This document shows positions 53,935 through 62,830 of a stretch of DNA of 64,000 nt, in pieces. Below the pieces are notes generated by a model. That model did not search any database and had not been told where the DNA came from. It saw nothing but the letters and a program-made list of their open reading frames with translations. Origin of the DNA: an uncultured Clostridia bacterium (GTDB lineage: Bacteria; Bacillota; Clostridia; Oscillospirales; Ruminococcaceae); contig CAMNNQ010000161.1 in the NCBI GenBank assembly GCA_946545645.1, forward strand, positions 4,876 through 68,875, read 5' to 3'. How positions within the stretch are numbered: the stretch's first letter is position 1; each line of letters begins with the position of its first letter. The translations under genes were made by a program, and so were the position numbers.

Positions 53935-54162
53935 TTATATTTTAGAAAACCTTTTAACGGTTCCATCAAGGACAGGTTCGTTCCACATTTCGGCGGGACG
54001 CACCCATATAGCATTATTTCCGTATAACGCCTTGTATACTACCATAGGCTCTGATGACTCAGAGTGTTTTGCTATATAGAGGACCTCATACTCATTGCCT
54101 TTATAATGCCTGTATTTCCCTTTGGGAATAGTCCTTTCAGCTTCATCAAATGTCAATTTCAC
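53935..54162 (-). CDS. DUF1653 family protein
   Basis: GKYRHYKGNEYEV, HSE..EPMVVYKALYG, WVRP; the start may be TTG at 54156. Confidence 0.9.
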   Translation of the reverse strand: MKLTFDEAERTIPKGKYRHYKGNEYEVLYIAKHSESSEPMVVYKALYGNNAIWVRPAEMWNEPVLDGTVKRFSKI

Positions 54163-54928
54163 CGCTCCTCAAGTATTTCTTAATGTTATATTTTTCCTTT
54201 TTCTGGGTTATGTCAGCATATTCAATTGCTTCAAAAGGACAGTTAAGTATGCAAGCCATACAGTGTGCGCATTGCTTATTGATCCAGACAGGATGCTTAT
54301 CTACAATTTTAATGTTGTTTATCGGACAGCTTTTCTGACATAATCCACATCCAATGCATTTATCAGTCGTAAAAAAACCTTTGGTTGGCTGCATATACTT
54401 TGCCCAAAAAGGATTGAAGGGAAGTATCACCATTTTTTCATAAAGAAAAACGTGTCTCGCCTTGAATTCACCTTCATTCCGGACGATCTTAGCGAGTTTT
54501 TTCACTTCTTTGACAGCAGCATTGATCCTTTTTACACATTCATCATGTTCAGTAGGAGGATACATATTACTTACAACGTGATTGGATGGCATTTTAATTT
54601 CGGCGTGTCCTTTGTAGATCATCTTTTTGTTTTTGACGATCCTTTTTGCAAGACTGCCAGACATACCGGCATAACCTCCGCTGGTAAAGACAAAATAAAC
54701 ATTTCGATTACCGCAGAACTTAGTGTGCTTTAGGTGATAGCTTACAAATCTCGGCATTTCACAAACATAAACCGGTGAACAGATTATAAATGGCTTTTTT
54801 GAACACAATTTGGAGTTATCACCGGATCTGATACGATCTTTGAGATCTAAACATTTGTCGTCAAGAAGTTCAGCAAGCTGTTCAGCAATAAAACGGGTGT
54901 TTCCGGAAGCTGAGTAGTATATAACCAT
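54146..54928 (-). CDS. EFR1 family flavodoxin-ferredoxin fusion
   Basis: YYSASGNT flavodoxin loop; CIGCGLCQKSCP and CAHCMACILNCP [4Fe-4S] motifs. Confidence 0.92.
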   Translation of the reverse strand: MVIYYSASGNTRFIAEQLAELLDDKCLDLKDRIRSGDNSKLCSKKPFIICSPVYVCEMPRFVSYHLKHTKFCGNRNVYFVFTSGGYAGMSGSLAKRIVKNKKMIYKGHAEIKMPSNHVVSNMYPPTEHDECVKRINAAVKEVKKLAKIVRNEGEFKARHVFLYEKMVILPFNPFWAKYMQPTKGFFTTDKCIGCGLCQKSCPINNIKIVDKHPVWINKQCAHCMACILNCPFEAIEYADITQKKEKYNIKKYLRSGEIDI

Positions 54929-55019
54929 AGTTTATGCTCCTTCGCTATCAGTATAATTCAGAAGGAAAGAACAGAATTCAGGGAAGCCTGGCTGTTCAAA
55001 ACCCTGACTTTATACAGGC

Positions 55020-55053
55020 TTAGTTTCACTAAATAAAAATTTAGTGAAACTAA
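55020..55053. repeat. Perfect 15-bp inverted repeat made of two 13-bp palindromes
   Basis: TTAGTTTCACTAAAT-AAAA-ATTTAGTGAAACTAA; each arm contains TTAGT-N3-ACTAA. Confidence 0.9.
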
Positions 55054-55067
55054 GAGAGGCGATTTAG

Positions 55068-57449
55068 CTATTTTAGCTCCACGATAGTTACTCCATCCTC
55101 GCCCTCGCCGTACAAGCCTCTTCGGGATGATTTAACGTGCGGATGATGTTTCAGATGTTCACGCACAGCATTTTTAAGGACCCCTGTACCTTTTCCGTGA
55201 ATTATTGTAACAATTGAAATCCCTGTCATAACTGCTGCATCCAAAAAATTATCGACTTCGTATACACCTTCGTCTGCGGCATATCCTCTGATATCAAGTT
55301 CACTCTGTACTTTTCTTGTCATTCGGCTTTCAACGCCTTTAGTAGAAACGCCTGAGTATTTGCGCTGCTTTTGAGGTTTTTCTTTTTCAAGCAATCTTAG
55401 CTTTGATGAATCGACCTTGGTTTTCATTGCTCCGACCTGAACATAACACATTCCTTTGCTGTCAGGCTCTGATACTATTACAGCTTTGCGCCCTGAATCT
55501 ACCATCAAAACGTTATCGCCTTTAACTAATGGTCTGGGCAAAACATACCCTTCATTTCTGCTTTCAGAAATTGGATTTGCATCACGATACAATTTGTTCA
55601 TAATTTGTCTCTGATGTTGACGAGCTTTCAGCGCCTTATCAGAAAAATCAGCGGATTCTTTATCTTTTCTGACTTTTTCGAGTTCCTCGATCAAAGCCTG
55701 AGATTCTCTCTGGACGCTGTTGACTATATCCGATGCCTTTCGTCTTGCTGCTTCGAGCTCTGCTTCTTTTTCATTATAAAACTTGTCTCGTTCTGCTTCG
55801 GTTTCTTCTTTGATCTTTTTGGCCTCTCTGAGAGCATTTTCAGCTTCAAGGCTGCGTGTTTCAAGCTCAGTTCTGGCTTTTTCCAGCCCGTCTATAATCT
55901 TCTCAAAACGTCTGTTATCGCTTGAAACAAGCTCTTTTGCATGTTCGATGACTTCTTCTGGTAAACCTAATTTTCTGGAGATCGAGAAAGCGTTTGATTT
56001 TCCGGGCGTGCCTATTATAAGCCTGTATGTAGGCTGCATAGTATCTACATTGAACTCACATGATGCGTTTTCGACATTCGGAGTATCCAGTGCATACATT
56101 TTCAATTCCTGATAATGCGTAGTTGTAACGATAGATGCGCCTTGTGATCGCATTTTTTCTATCAAAGCAACAGCCAAAGCAGCACCCTCGATGGGGTCAG
56201 TGCCGGAGCCGAGCTCGTCAAGAAGCACTAGGCTCTGATAGTCTGCCCTACTGATTATTTCGATAACATTATTGATATGAGATGAAAAAGTAGAAAGATC
56301 CTGTTCGATAGATTGCTGGTCACCAATATCAACAAGAATATTTTTATATATATTTATCTTGCTGCCGTCAGATACAGGAATCAGCAGACCGCACATAGTC
56401 ATTAGGGTAAGGAGACCGACTGTCTTTAATACAACAGTTTTACCGCCAGTATTCGGACCTGTGATTATAAGTGTATCATAATCTGTTCCGAGAGAAAAAT
56501 CTATCGGAACTACTTTTTTAGAGTCGATCAAAGGATGTCTTGCTTTGTTTAATATAATGATATTATCGTCGTTGAGCTCCGGCTCAGAGGCTCTCATTGA
56601 AGCTGCAAGCTCAGCTTTGGCAAAATATACATTCAGTTCAGCAGAAGCTTCATATCCTGAAAGCAATTGATCCTTGAACATGGCTACCTGCGAAGATAGA
56701 TCCATTATTATTCGATGAATCTCATCCTGCTCCTCACCTTTTAATATCCTTATATCATTATTTGCTTCAACAACAGCCATAGGCTCAATAAACAAAGTAG
56801 AACCTGTCTGCGAAGTGTCGTGAACAAGTCCGCTGATCTGTCCCTTATGTTCGGTCCGGACAGGAAGAACGAACCTACCGTCCCTTATAGTGACAATGGA
56901 GTCTTGCAGGTATTTCTGAACAGATGATGATCTTATCATCTTATCAAGAGTATCTCTAATACGTACTTCCGAGTTTCTTATTTTTTTGCGTATCGATGCA
57001 AGAGTCGGGCTTGCTTCGTCTGCAAGAGTTTCGCTGTCGATAATAGAGGTCTCCAGTGTTTGTTCGAGATGTTTATTCGGAAACAGACACTCAAAATACC
57101 TGTCCAGCACATTATCCTTTGATTGCACATCTTTATACCAACTACAAAGGATACTGATCTGCTGAAGCATTCTTTTTATCTCGATCAGTTCAGCAAGAGA
57201 TAGCGCAGCTCCTGAATCCGCACGCTTTACTGAACCGGAGATATCTTTGAACTTATAAAAAGACGGAGAGCCTAGCTTTATACTCAACTCCAGCGCACAA
57301 GATGTTTTGGCGATCTCTGCCTTTACAGTATCAAGATCCGTAGAAGGCTTTAATTTGGCTACAAGCTTTTTGGAAGTGTCATTTGAACACTTCTCAGCAA
57401 GCATTTCAAGTATTTTATGTAATTCAAGTTTTTCGTAGTATTGATCCAT
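55068..57449 (-). CDS. mutS2: MutS2 (ribosome-rescue / recombination inhibitor) with Smr domain
   Basis: RDGRFVLPV, TLFIEP, ITGPNTGGKT, DIGDQQSIEQDLSTFSSH, LDELGSGTDP, TTHY, IIHGKGTGVL. Confidence 0.97.
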   Translation of the reverse strand: MDQYYEKLELHKILEMLAEKCSNDTSKKLVAKLKPSTDLDTVKAEIAKTSCALELSIKLGSPSFYKFKDISGSVKRADSGAALSLAELIEIKRMLQQISILCSWYKDVQSKDNVLDRYFECLFPNKHLEQTLETSIIDSETLADEASPTLASIRKKIRNSEVRIRDTLDKMIRSSSVQKYLQDSIVTIRDGRFVLPVRTEHKGQISGLVHDTSQTGSTLFIEPMAVVEANNDIRILKGEEQDEIHRIIMDLSSQVAMFKDQLLSGYEASAELNVYFAKAELAASMRASEPELNDDNIIILNKARHPLIDSKKVVPIDFSLGTDYDTLIITGPNTGGKTVVLKTVGLLTLMTMCGLLIPVSDGSKINIYKNILVDIGDQQSIEQDLSTFSSHINNVIEIISRADYQSLVLLDELGSGTDPIEGAALAVALIEKMRSQGASIVTTTHYQELKMYALDTPNVENASCEFNVDTMQPTYRLIIGTPGKSNAFSISRKLGLPEEVIEHAKELVSSDNRRFEKIIDGLEKARTELETRSLEAENALREAKKIKEETEAERDKFYNEKEAELEAARRKASDIVNSVQRESQALIEELEKVRKDKESADFSDKALKARQHQRQIMNKLYRDANPISESRNEGYVLPRPLVKGDNVLMVDSGRKAVIVSEPDSKGMCYVQVGAMKTKVDSSKLRLLEKEKPQKQRKYSGVSTKGVESRMTRKVQSELDIRGYAADEGVYEVDNFLDAAVMTGISIVTIIHGKGTGVLKNAVREHLKHHPHVKSSRRGLYGEGEDGVTIVELK

Positions 57450-57459
57450 TGTTATATCC

Positions 57460-58215
57460 TCAAAGCGACCTATAAAAGGTCAGTGTCTTGAATGATTCTT
57501 TAAAATGATATTTCACAAAACGCTCTGTGAAATCGGTTAGTTTAGCCTGATAATCCGGTGAGATTCGTATGGAAAAGAGCCTGTCAAAATCTGTCAGAGC
57601 AATATGTCTTACTATATAGAGCAGCCTTTTATCAAAAACTACCGCAAACATACTGTCTTTGTTTGTGCAGCACTCATTACACTCAAGTGTCCCGGAGCGC
57701 ATATTGAAATACATTTTATCGTCTTCATATTTATAGCATTTGCTGCAGGCAACAAGCGCAGGTCTGAAGCCGGTCTCACAAAGTAAACGAAGCTCAAATA
57801 TGGATTTGAGCATTTCTCTGTCTTTTGAACCTTTATTCAGAAAATAAAAAGTGTTGAGGGCAAGGCGAAGTATCTCGTTTTTATCGGTCGAATCTTCAAT
57901 GCGGGAATAATAGATAAGTTCAGTCAGATAGGCTGCGAGGGACATTTTTATTATGTCAAGGCGCAATTCAAAAAACATCTCTATTGCCTCAGAGCTGTTA
58001 AGGTAGTAAAGAGTATCCCCCGCTGCGTTTTTCTTTTCTTCTATACAAAGCTCAGAATAAACATAAAGCTGTGTAGAAGCTGAATTCTTTGAGCTTTTCA
58101 TCCCGCCTCTGACTAAGAAACCGATAACTCCCCGTTCCGCTGTCAAGGCATAGATATACTTACTGCTCTCCCCTTTTTGTTCTTCGCGAATTATCAGACC
58201 CTTTATCGTCAGCAT
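57460..58215 (-). CDS. recO: DNA repair protein RecO
   Basis: KGLIIRE, FELRLL..GFRP, Zn finger CSKC...CNEC; era-yqzL-recO synteny. Confidence 0.92.
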   Translation of the reverse strand: MLTIKGLIIREEQKGESSKYIYALTAERGVIGFLVRGGMKSSKNSASTQLYVYSELCIEEKKNAAGDTLYYLNSSEAIEMFFELRLDIIKMSLAAYLTELIYYSRIEDSTDKNEILRLALNTFYFLNKGSKDREMLKSIFELRLLCETGFRPALVACSKCYKYEDDKMYFNMRSGTLECNECCTNKDSMFAVVFDKRLLYIVRHIALTDFDRLFSIRISPDYQAKLTDFTERFVKYHFKESFKTLTFYRSL

Positions 58216-58297
58216 CTTTTCTGCCCTCCGGGGAACTTACATATTTCAGATAGTCCTCTACCCTGCCCGTTTTATAGAATAGATCCCAATTATCCAT
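58160..58297 (-). CDS. yqzL: YqzL-like small protein (45 aa)
   Basis: MDNWDLFYKTGRVEDYLKY after GGAGG; lies between era and recO as in B. subtilis. Confidence 0.85.
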   Translation of the reverse strand: MDNWDLFYKTGRVEDYLKYVSSPEGRKDADDKGSDNSRRTKRGEQ

Positions 58298-58362
58298 GCT
58301 TTCAGCCTCCGTATAATTATAGTATTGATCTGCTGGAGGCTGACTATACCTGGCAGAATCTT

Positions 58363-59262
58363 TCAGTCCAGGCCGAAGTTCTTTATAAGAGCTTCCTTGT
58401 TTCTCCAGCCTTCTTTGACCTTTATCCAACACTGAAGATTGACCTTGATCCGGAAAAAGTCTTCAAGTCTGGCTCTTGCATCGGCACCGATCTTTCTGAG
58501 CATAGATCCGCCTTTTCCAATGATGATTCCTTTATGCGACTCTTTTTCGCAAAAAACAGTAGCTTCGATATCGAGGATAGCTTCTCCGTTACGGTCATCC
58601 CGTTCACCGAGCCTGTCGATAGTTACAGCGATTCCGTGAGGGATCTCCTCACTCAAATTGTTCAGTGCGCTTTCTCTGATCATTTCAGCCATTATAACTT
58701 TTTCCGGCTGATCTGTTATAGTATCATCAGGGAAATAATGAGGCCCTTCGGCGGCAAAATTGTCAATAGCTTTCATAACAAGATCAAGCCCGTCATTTTC
58801 TAGAACGCTGATAGGGATAACTTCATCAAAGTCATAGAGCTTTGAATAGTCAGAAAGCTGAGAGATCAGCTTGGATTTATCATCAAACAGGTCTATCTTG
58901 TTAAGGACAAGTATAACGTGTTCCCGGCGGGAAAAACCGCCAGCCAATATCTTTTCCGCTTCAGATATACTTTTTGTAGCGTCAACGATCATAAGAACTA
59001 TCTCCGATTCAGAAACGGAATCTGAAATAGTCTTGACCATATGTTCGGAGAGCTTATTTTTTGCTTTGTGCATACCGGGGGTGTCAATAAAAACATATTG
59101 GATCTCTCCTCTGGTAAGAACACCTGTGATCTTTGTACGGGTCGTCTGAGGCTTGGCGCTGACAGCAGCGATCTTTTCTCCTATAAGAGCATTGAGGAGC
59201 GAGGATTTACCGACATTCGGTCTGCCCGTGATTGTAACGAACGCGTTTTTTGTCTTATTCAT
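58363..59262 (-). CDS. era: GTPase Era
   Basis: GRPNVGKS, PQTTR, DTPG, NKID, SEEIPH, KH domain with GIIIGKGG. Confidence 0.98.
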   Translation of the reverse strand: MNKTKNAFVTITGRPNVGKSSLLNALIGEKIAAVSAKPQTTRTKITGVLTRGEIQYVFIDTPGMHKAKNKLSEHMVKTISDSVSESEIVLMIVDATKSISEAEKILAGGFSRREHVILVLNKIDLFDDKSKLISQLSDYSKLYDFDEVIPISVLENDGLDLVMKAIDNFAAEGPHYFPDDTITDQPEKVIMAEMIRESALNNLSEEIPHGIAVTIDRLGERDDRNGEAILDIEATVFCEKESHKGIIIGKGGSMLRKIGADARARLEDFFRIKVNLQCWIKVKEGWRNKEALIKNFGLD

Positions 59263-59749
59263 TCATGTTTTCCTTTCTTTTGTTTCCTTTCGGAAGGAAT
59301 ATAACTGTAAGTGATAATAGGACAGATACTATAAGCTGAACCATCGCAAAAGAATTATCCGAGAGATATCTGCCAAGTTTTCGGAGCGTTTCTAAATCCC
59401 AGAACACACTTACACCAACAAATATAGCAGCAATTGCGGCTGCAAGGACAGCTCCGGCAGCACAGTCCTTTGCTATTTTTGCAGACGGCTTTATCCCGTT
59501 TGCAGACAGATCAACTGCTGCTTCGATAGCTGTGTTTACTGCTTCCAAAGATATCACAAGACCTATTGTCAGATACACAGCAGCTTTCTGAGCTGAAGAA
59601 AGATCATAGAACCTTATGAACATCAGGACATAAAAAGCGGCGCAAAAATGAAATCTCATATTGCGCTCGTTTTTTAAACAGTATATTAGACCTGAAAATG
59701 CGTATTTAAAGCTCTTGAAAAACGAAGTAAAATTATGCTTTATATTCAT
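59255..59749 (-). CDS. dgkA: Undecaprenol / diacylglycerol kinase (DgkA family)
   Basis: SFKYAFSG, ERNMRFH, EAVNTAIEAAVD, AKDCAAGAV. Confidence 0.92.
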   Translation of the reverse strand: MNIKHNFTSFFKSFKYAFSGLIYCLKNERNMRFHFCAAFYVLMFIRFYDLSSAQKAAVYLTIGLVISLEAVNTAIEAAVDLSANGIKPSAKIAKDCAAGAVLAAAIAAIFVGVSVFWDLETLRKLGRYLSDNSFAMVQLIVSVLLSLTVIFLPKGNKRKENMNE

Positions 59750-60248
59750 GCTCGTCAATAACAAAGGTCTCGTCTCTGGATATACCGAGGCTCCCGAGGA
59801 TCTCTTCTTCTTTTTCGCGCATCAGCCTCTCCTGGAGCTTGCCCTGCTCATGATCGTACCCAAGAAGATGCAGCATGGAATGTACTGTGAGGAATCCTAT
59901 TTCTCTTTCAAGAGTATGTCCGTAAATCTCGGCCTGGCGATAAGCTGTTTCAATAGAGATAACGATATCTCCAAGCAGATAGGCTCCGGAATCCGGGTCA
60001 AGATCGTATTTGCCGTTTTCTCCCAAAGGGAAGGAAAGAACATCTGTAGATCTGTCGATGCCGCGATGTTCTTTATTGAGGGCGTGGATAGCTTCATCAT
60101 TTACAAAGGAAACGCTAATCTCATAGCTGTCCTTATAGCCTTCGCTCTCTAAAACGGCGTGGCAGCATTTTCTGATAAGAAGCCTTATACCGGTAGGTAT
60201 CTTAACATCGTTCTGGTTGTTGGAGATCAATACTTTAACCTTTCCCAT
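59733..60248 (-). CDS. ybeY: rRNA maturation endoribonuclease YbeY
   Basis: LNKEHRGIDRSTDVLSFP, LGDIVIS, HSMLHLLGYDH. Confidence 0.97.
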   Translation of the reverse strand: MGKVKVLISNNQNDVKIPTGIRLLIRKCCHAVLESEGYKDSYEISVSFVNDEAIHALNKEHRGIDRSTDVLSFPLGENGKYDLDPDSGAYLLGDIVISIETAYRQAEIYGHTLEREIGFLTVHSMLHLLGYDHEQGKLQERLMREKEEEILGSLGISRDETFVIDEHEYKA

Positions 60249-61215
60249 GATGATTCACATTTCCTTTCTCATAATATTTATCGTAAGCTCTGATTATATC
60301 CTGCACCAGCTTATGCCTTACTACATCCTTTTCAGAAAACCGTATCACAGCGATATCTTCGATATCTTTTAGAACCTTTATCGCCTCGACAAGACCTGAG
60401 CGCCTGGAATCAGGCAGATCGATCTGTGTAATATCTCCGGTAATAACTATCTTGGAATTAAAGCCAAGTCTTGTTAAAAACATTTTCATCTGTTCAGGAG
60501 TAGTGTTCTGGGCTTCATCAAGAATTATAAAAGAATCGTCTAGAGTCCTTCCTCTCATATAAGCCAGAGGAGCGACTTCGATGCAGCCTCTTTCCTGCTG
60601 TTTTGCAAAGGTATCCGGTCCAAGCATCTCAAACAAAGCGTCATATAACGGCCTAAGATAAGGATCTACTTTGTTTTGGAGATCGCCCGGAAGAAATCCC
60701 AGCTTTTCGCCAGCCTCAACAGCAGGCCTTGTAAGGATGATCTTATTGATCTCATGAGCTCTGAATGCTTTTACTGCCATAGAAACTGCAAGATAAGTCT
60801 TTCCGGTACCAGCCGGACCGACTCCAAGTACGATGGTATTGTCTTTTATCGAATCGACATATTTTTTCTGGCCAAGGGTTTTTGGCTTTACGATTCTTCC
60901 GCTTACAGTAACACATATCCCGTCTGAGGAGAGCTTTGATATATCCTCTGCTGAACCGTCGCGGACAAGCGAGAATACATATCTGATATTCTGCTCGTTG
61001 ATCGGCTCCCCTTTATTTGCAAGAGTCAGAAGAGCGTCGATAGCTTTTGAAGCTTTAAAAACATTTTCTTCGTCGCCTGTTATCTTGATGTCGCTGCCGC
61101 GGCTGAGTATAGCGACAGAATACTCTTTCTGAACTAAATTGATATTCTCGTCGTAATTCCCGAAAAGGTCTAATATGACTTCCATCCTGTCGACATTGAT
61201 TATTTTTTCTGCCAT
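60235..61215 (-). CDS. phoH: PhoH family ATPase
   Basis: GPAGTGKT, TRPAVEAGEKLGFLPGD, APLAYMRGRT, LDEAQN, GDITQID. Confidence 0.97.
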   Translation of the reverse strand: MAEKIINVDRMEVILDLFGNYDENINLVQKEYSVAILSRGSDIKITGDEENVFKASKAIDALLTLANKGEPINEQNIRYVFSLVRDGSAEDISKLSSDGICVTVSGRIVKPKTLGQKKYVDSIKDNTIVLGVGPAGTGKTYLAVSMAVKAFRAHEINKIILTRPAVEAGEKLGFLPGDLQNKVDPYLRPLYDALFEMLGPDTFAKQQERGCIEVAPLAYMRGRTLDDSFIILDEAQNTTPEQMKMFLTRLGFNSKIVITGDITQIDLPDSRRSGLVEAIKVLKDIEDIAVIRFSEKDVVRHKLVQDIIRAYDKYYEKGNVNHHGKG

Positions 61216-61264
61216 GTAACTGCTGAAATACCCCTTTTATAAAGATTTAAACTTCACCGCTTCT

Positions 61265-61293
61265 ATTATAACACATCCGAATTCAATTTGCAA
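61265..61293 (-). promoter_or_regulatory. sigma-A promoter of the phoH-ybeY-era operon, overlapping the yqfD stop
   Basis: Minus strand TTGCAA-N17-TATAAT with extended TG. Confidence 0.7.
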
Positions 61294-62497
61294 TCACTTT
61301 TTCAATATATTCAACATAATTTTTAGTTTTTGGCATAAAAAATTCAACCTCTTTACTAATAACACCGTATAATTCATAAATAACTGTCAATGTAACACCA
61401 TCACTGCCGTGTTCGACAGTTGTTTTTGAACTTCTTATCTCGTAATCCTTTAAAAAATTAGTTTCGTAAAGCTTCATTTTCTGATTTGCCAGCTTTTCGG
61501 CCTCTTCCGGGGAGACAGGTGTTCTTATGTAAGTCTGATCTGCCAGCTCAACAGATCCAAAGGAGATCGGCAAAAAGGAGGGGAATCCATTATCAGGATC
61601 GTATGAGATAGAACTGTTGTTTTCTCCTCCGAAAAGAATTATCTTTGAGTTAAAGATCTCTATGTACGGTCTTTTATATGTTTTCAGATCGGTTTTCTTT
61701 TCGGTGTAGTATGGCTGAAAAAAGCATTCGTGTCGCTCAAATGTTCCGTATATATTCCCTGTTGATCTTGTGTATTTTGTGTATATTCCAATTCTCTTCT
61801 CGCCTTTTTTATAGAATTCCTTTTCAGTTATCATTTTCCCACTTACTATAATATCTCCCTTTAACACGCCGCTGCCCACAGGCTTTAACAGTCTGCCGTC
61901 CTGAAGCTCTATCTTTTCAATAACTGCGTTCTCGCTGGCTATAAGGTCTGTAGGCAGGCGCTTTTCCCTGTATTCGGGTTTGTTGATATTATCAAGAACA
62001 TCAACGATGATCTTGCACCCTCTTACACTTATCCCAGCCCAGGAGATCTCATCAATATCTCGTTTAAGAGCACGTTCCGCAACAGTCAGATTAAGATCTG
62101 GTATATACTTCCCTGCTTTTATCCCTTGTTCATACAGTACAGCCAGTACATCTCGTTTGATCTCTGTATTATCTGTAAGGATCTCAAAACTCAGTATCCT
62201 GTGTGAAAATACAGATGCAAGAATAAGCGTAACAATTATACCAAGCAGGATACCCTTTTTTTGAAATGCCTTCTTTAGAATAAAAGCCGCACCCTTTTCA
62301 GATACGATCTCATAGTTGATACCGTCTCGTTTTAGATTATCTGTTATTTCTCTGCAGGAACCGATCGGAAGAGTAACAGTAATGAATTCGTCCTCCTCTT
62401 GCAGTTTTCTGACCGGCAAACGATTCTTTATTATGTAGCGGTAGACTTTACCGGGAGAGACAGGCCCGATCCTAAATGTTACGTTTCCAAATATCAT
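61283..62497 (-). CDS. yqfD: Sporulation protein YqfD (SpoIV)
   Basis: KG..F, ISWAGISVRG, DLIA....I......G......G..V..GDIIVSG; downstream of yqfC. Confidence 0.85.
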   Translation of the reverse strand: MIFGNVTFRIGPVSPGKVYRYIIKNRLPVRKLQEEDEFITVTLPIGSCREITDNLKRDGINYEIVSEKGAAFILKKAFQKKGILLGIIVTLILASVFSHRILSFEILTDNTEIKRDVLAVLYEQGIKAGKYIPDLNLTVAERALKRDIDEISWAGISVRGCKIIVDVLDNINKPEYREKRLPTDLIASENAVIEKIELQDGRLLKPVGSGVLKGDIIVSGKMITEKEFYKKGEKRIGIYTKYTRSTGNIYGTFERHECFFQPYYTEKKTDLKTYKRPYIEIFNSKIILFGGENNSSISYDPDNGFPSFLPISFGSVELADQTYIRTPVSPEEAEKLANQKMKLYETNFLKDYEIRSSKTTVEHGSDGVTLTVIYELYGVISKEVEFFMPKTKNYVEYIEKVIAN

Positions 62498-62760
62498 AAA
62501 TCGCCACCCGCTTTTCGGCGCTCAAGCGCTAACCCAGTAATTATTCCGCTTACTTCGATACTGCTGTTTGTATAACTATCAAGCTTCAGATCGAAACCGC
62601 TGACTTCAATATTGAATTGACTGGTCCTTACTCTTACGAGTATCTCATTACATTCAAGAATATTTGTGCAGCTTTCGATAAGCACCGATCTGTCAGATGA
62701 GATAGTTATATAAGGCGAAGCTCCGGAAACCGTGATGAGTTTTTCTTTTAGTTTTCCCAT
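62494..62760 (-). CDS. yqfC: YabP/YqfC family sporulation protein
   Basis: VLIESCTNILEC, IEVSGFDLKL, IEVSGIITG; 4-nt overlap with yqfD. Confidence 0.8.
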   Translation of the reverse strand: MGKLKEKLITVSGASPYITISSDRSVLIESCTNILECNEILVRVRTSQFNIEVSGFDLKLDSYTNSSIEVSGIITGLALERRKAGGDL

Positions 62761-62783
62761 AAGTATGCCCTCCGTTTTTTATT

Positions 62784-62815
62784 ATTATATTTCAATGAGA
62801 GCGTTCATATACATT
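62784..62815. promoter_or_regulatory. Overlapping divergent sigma-E-like promoters (yqfC / ylbJ)
   Basis: Plus strand TTATATT-N14-CATATACATT; minus strand GTATATG-N14-AATATAAT. Confidence 0.55.
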
Positions 62816-62830
62816 ATTGGGGTGATCGGT

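Noticed and set aside
51000-56000. Replication terminus / dif site at the switch from mostly + to mostly - genes
   Set aside because: No dif-like 28-mer found by eye, and minus-strand blocks also occur earlier in the window; a GC-skew computation is needed.
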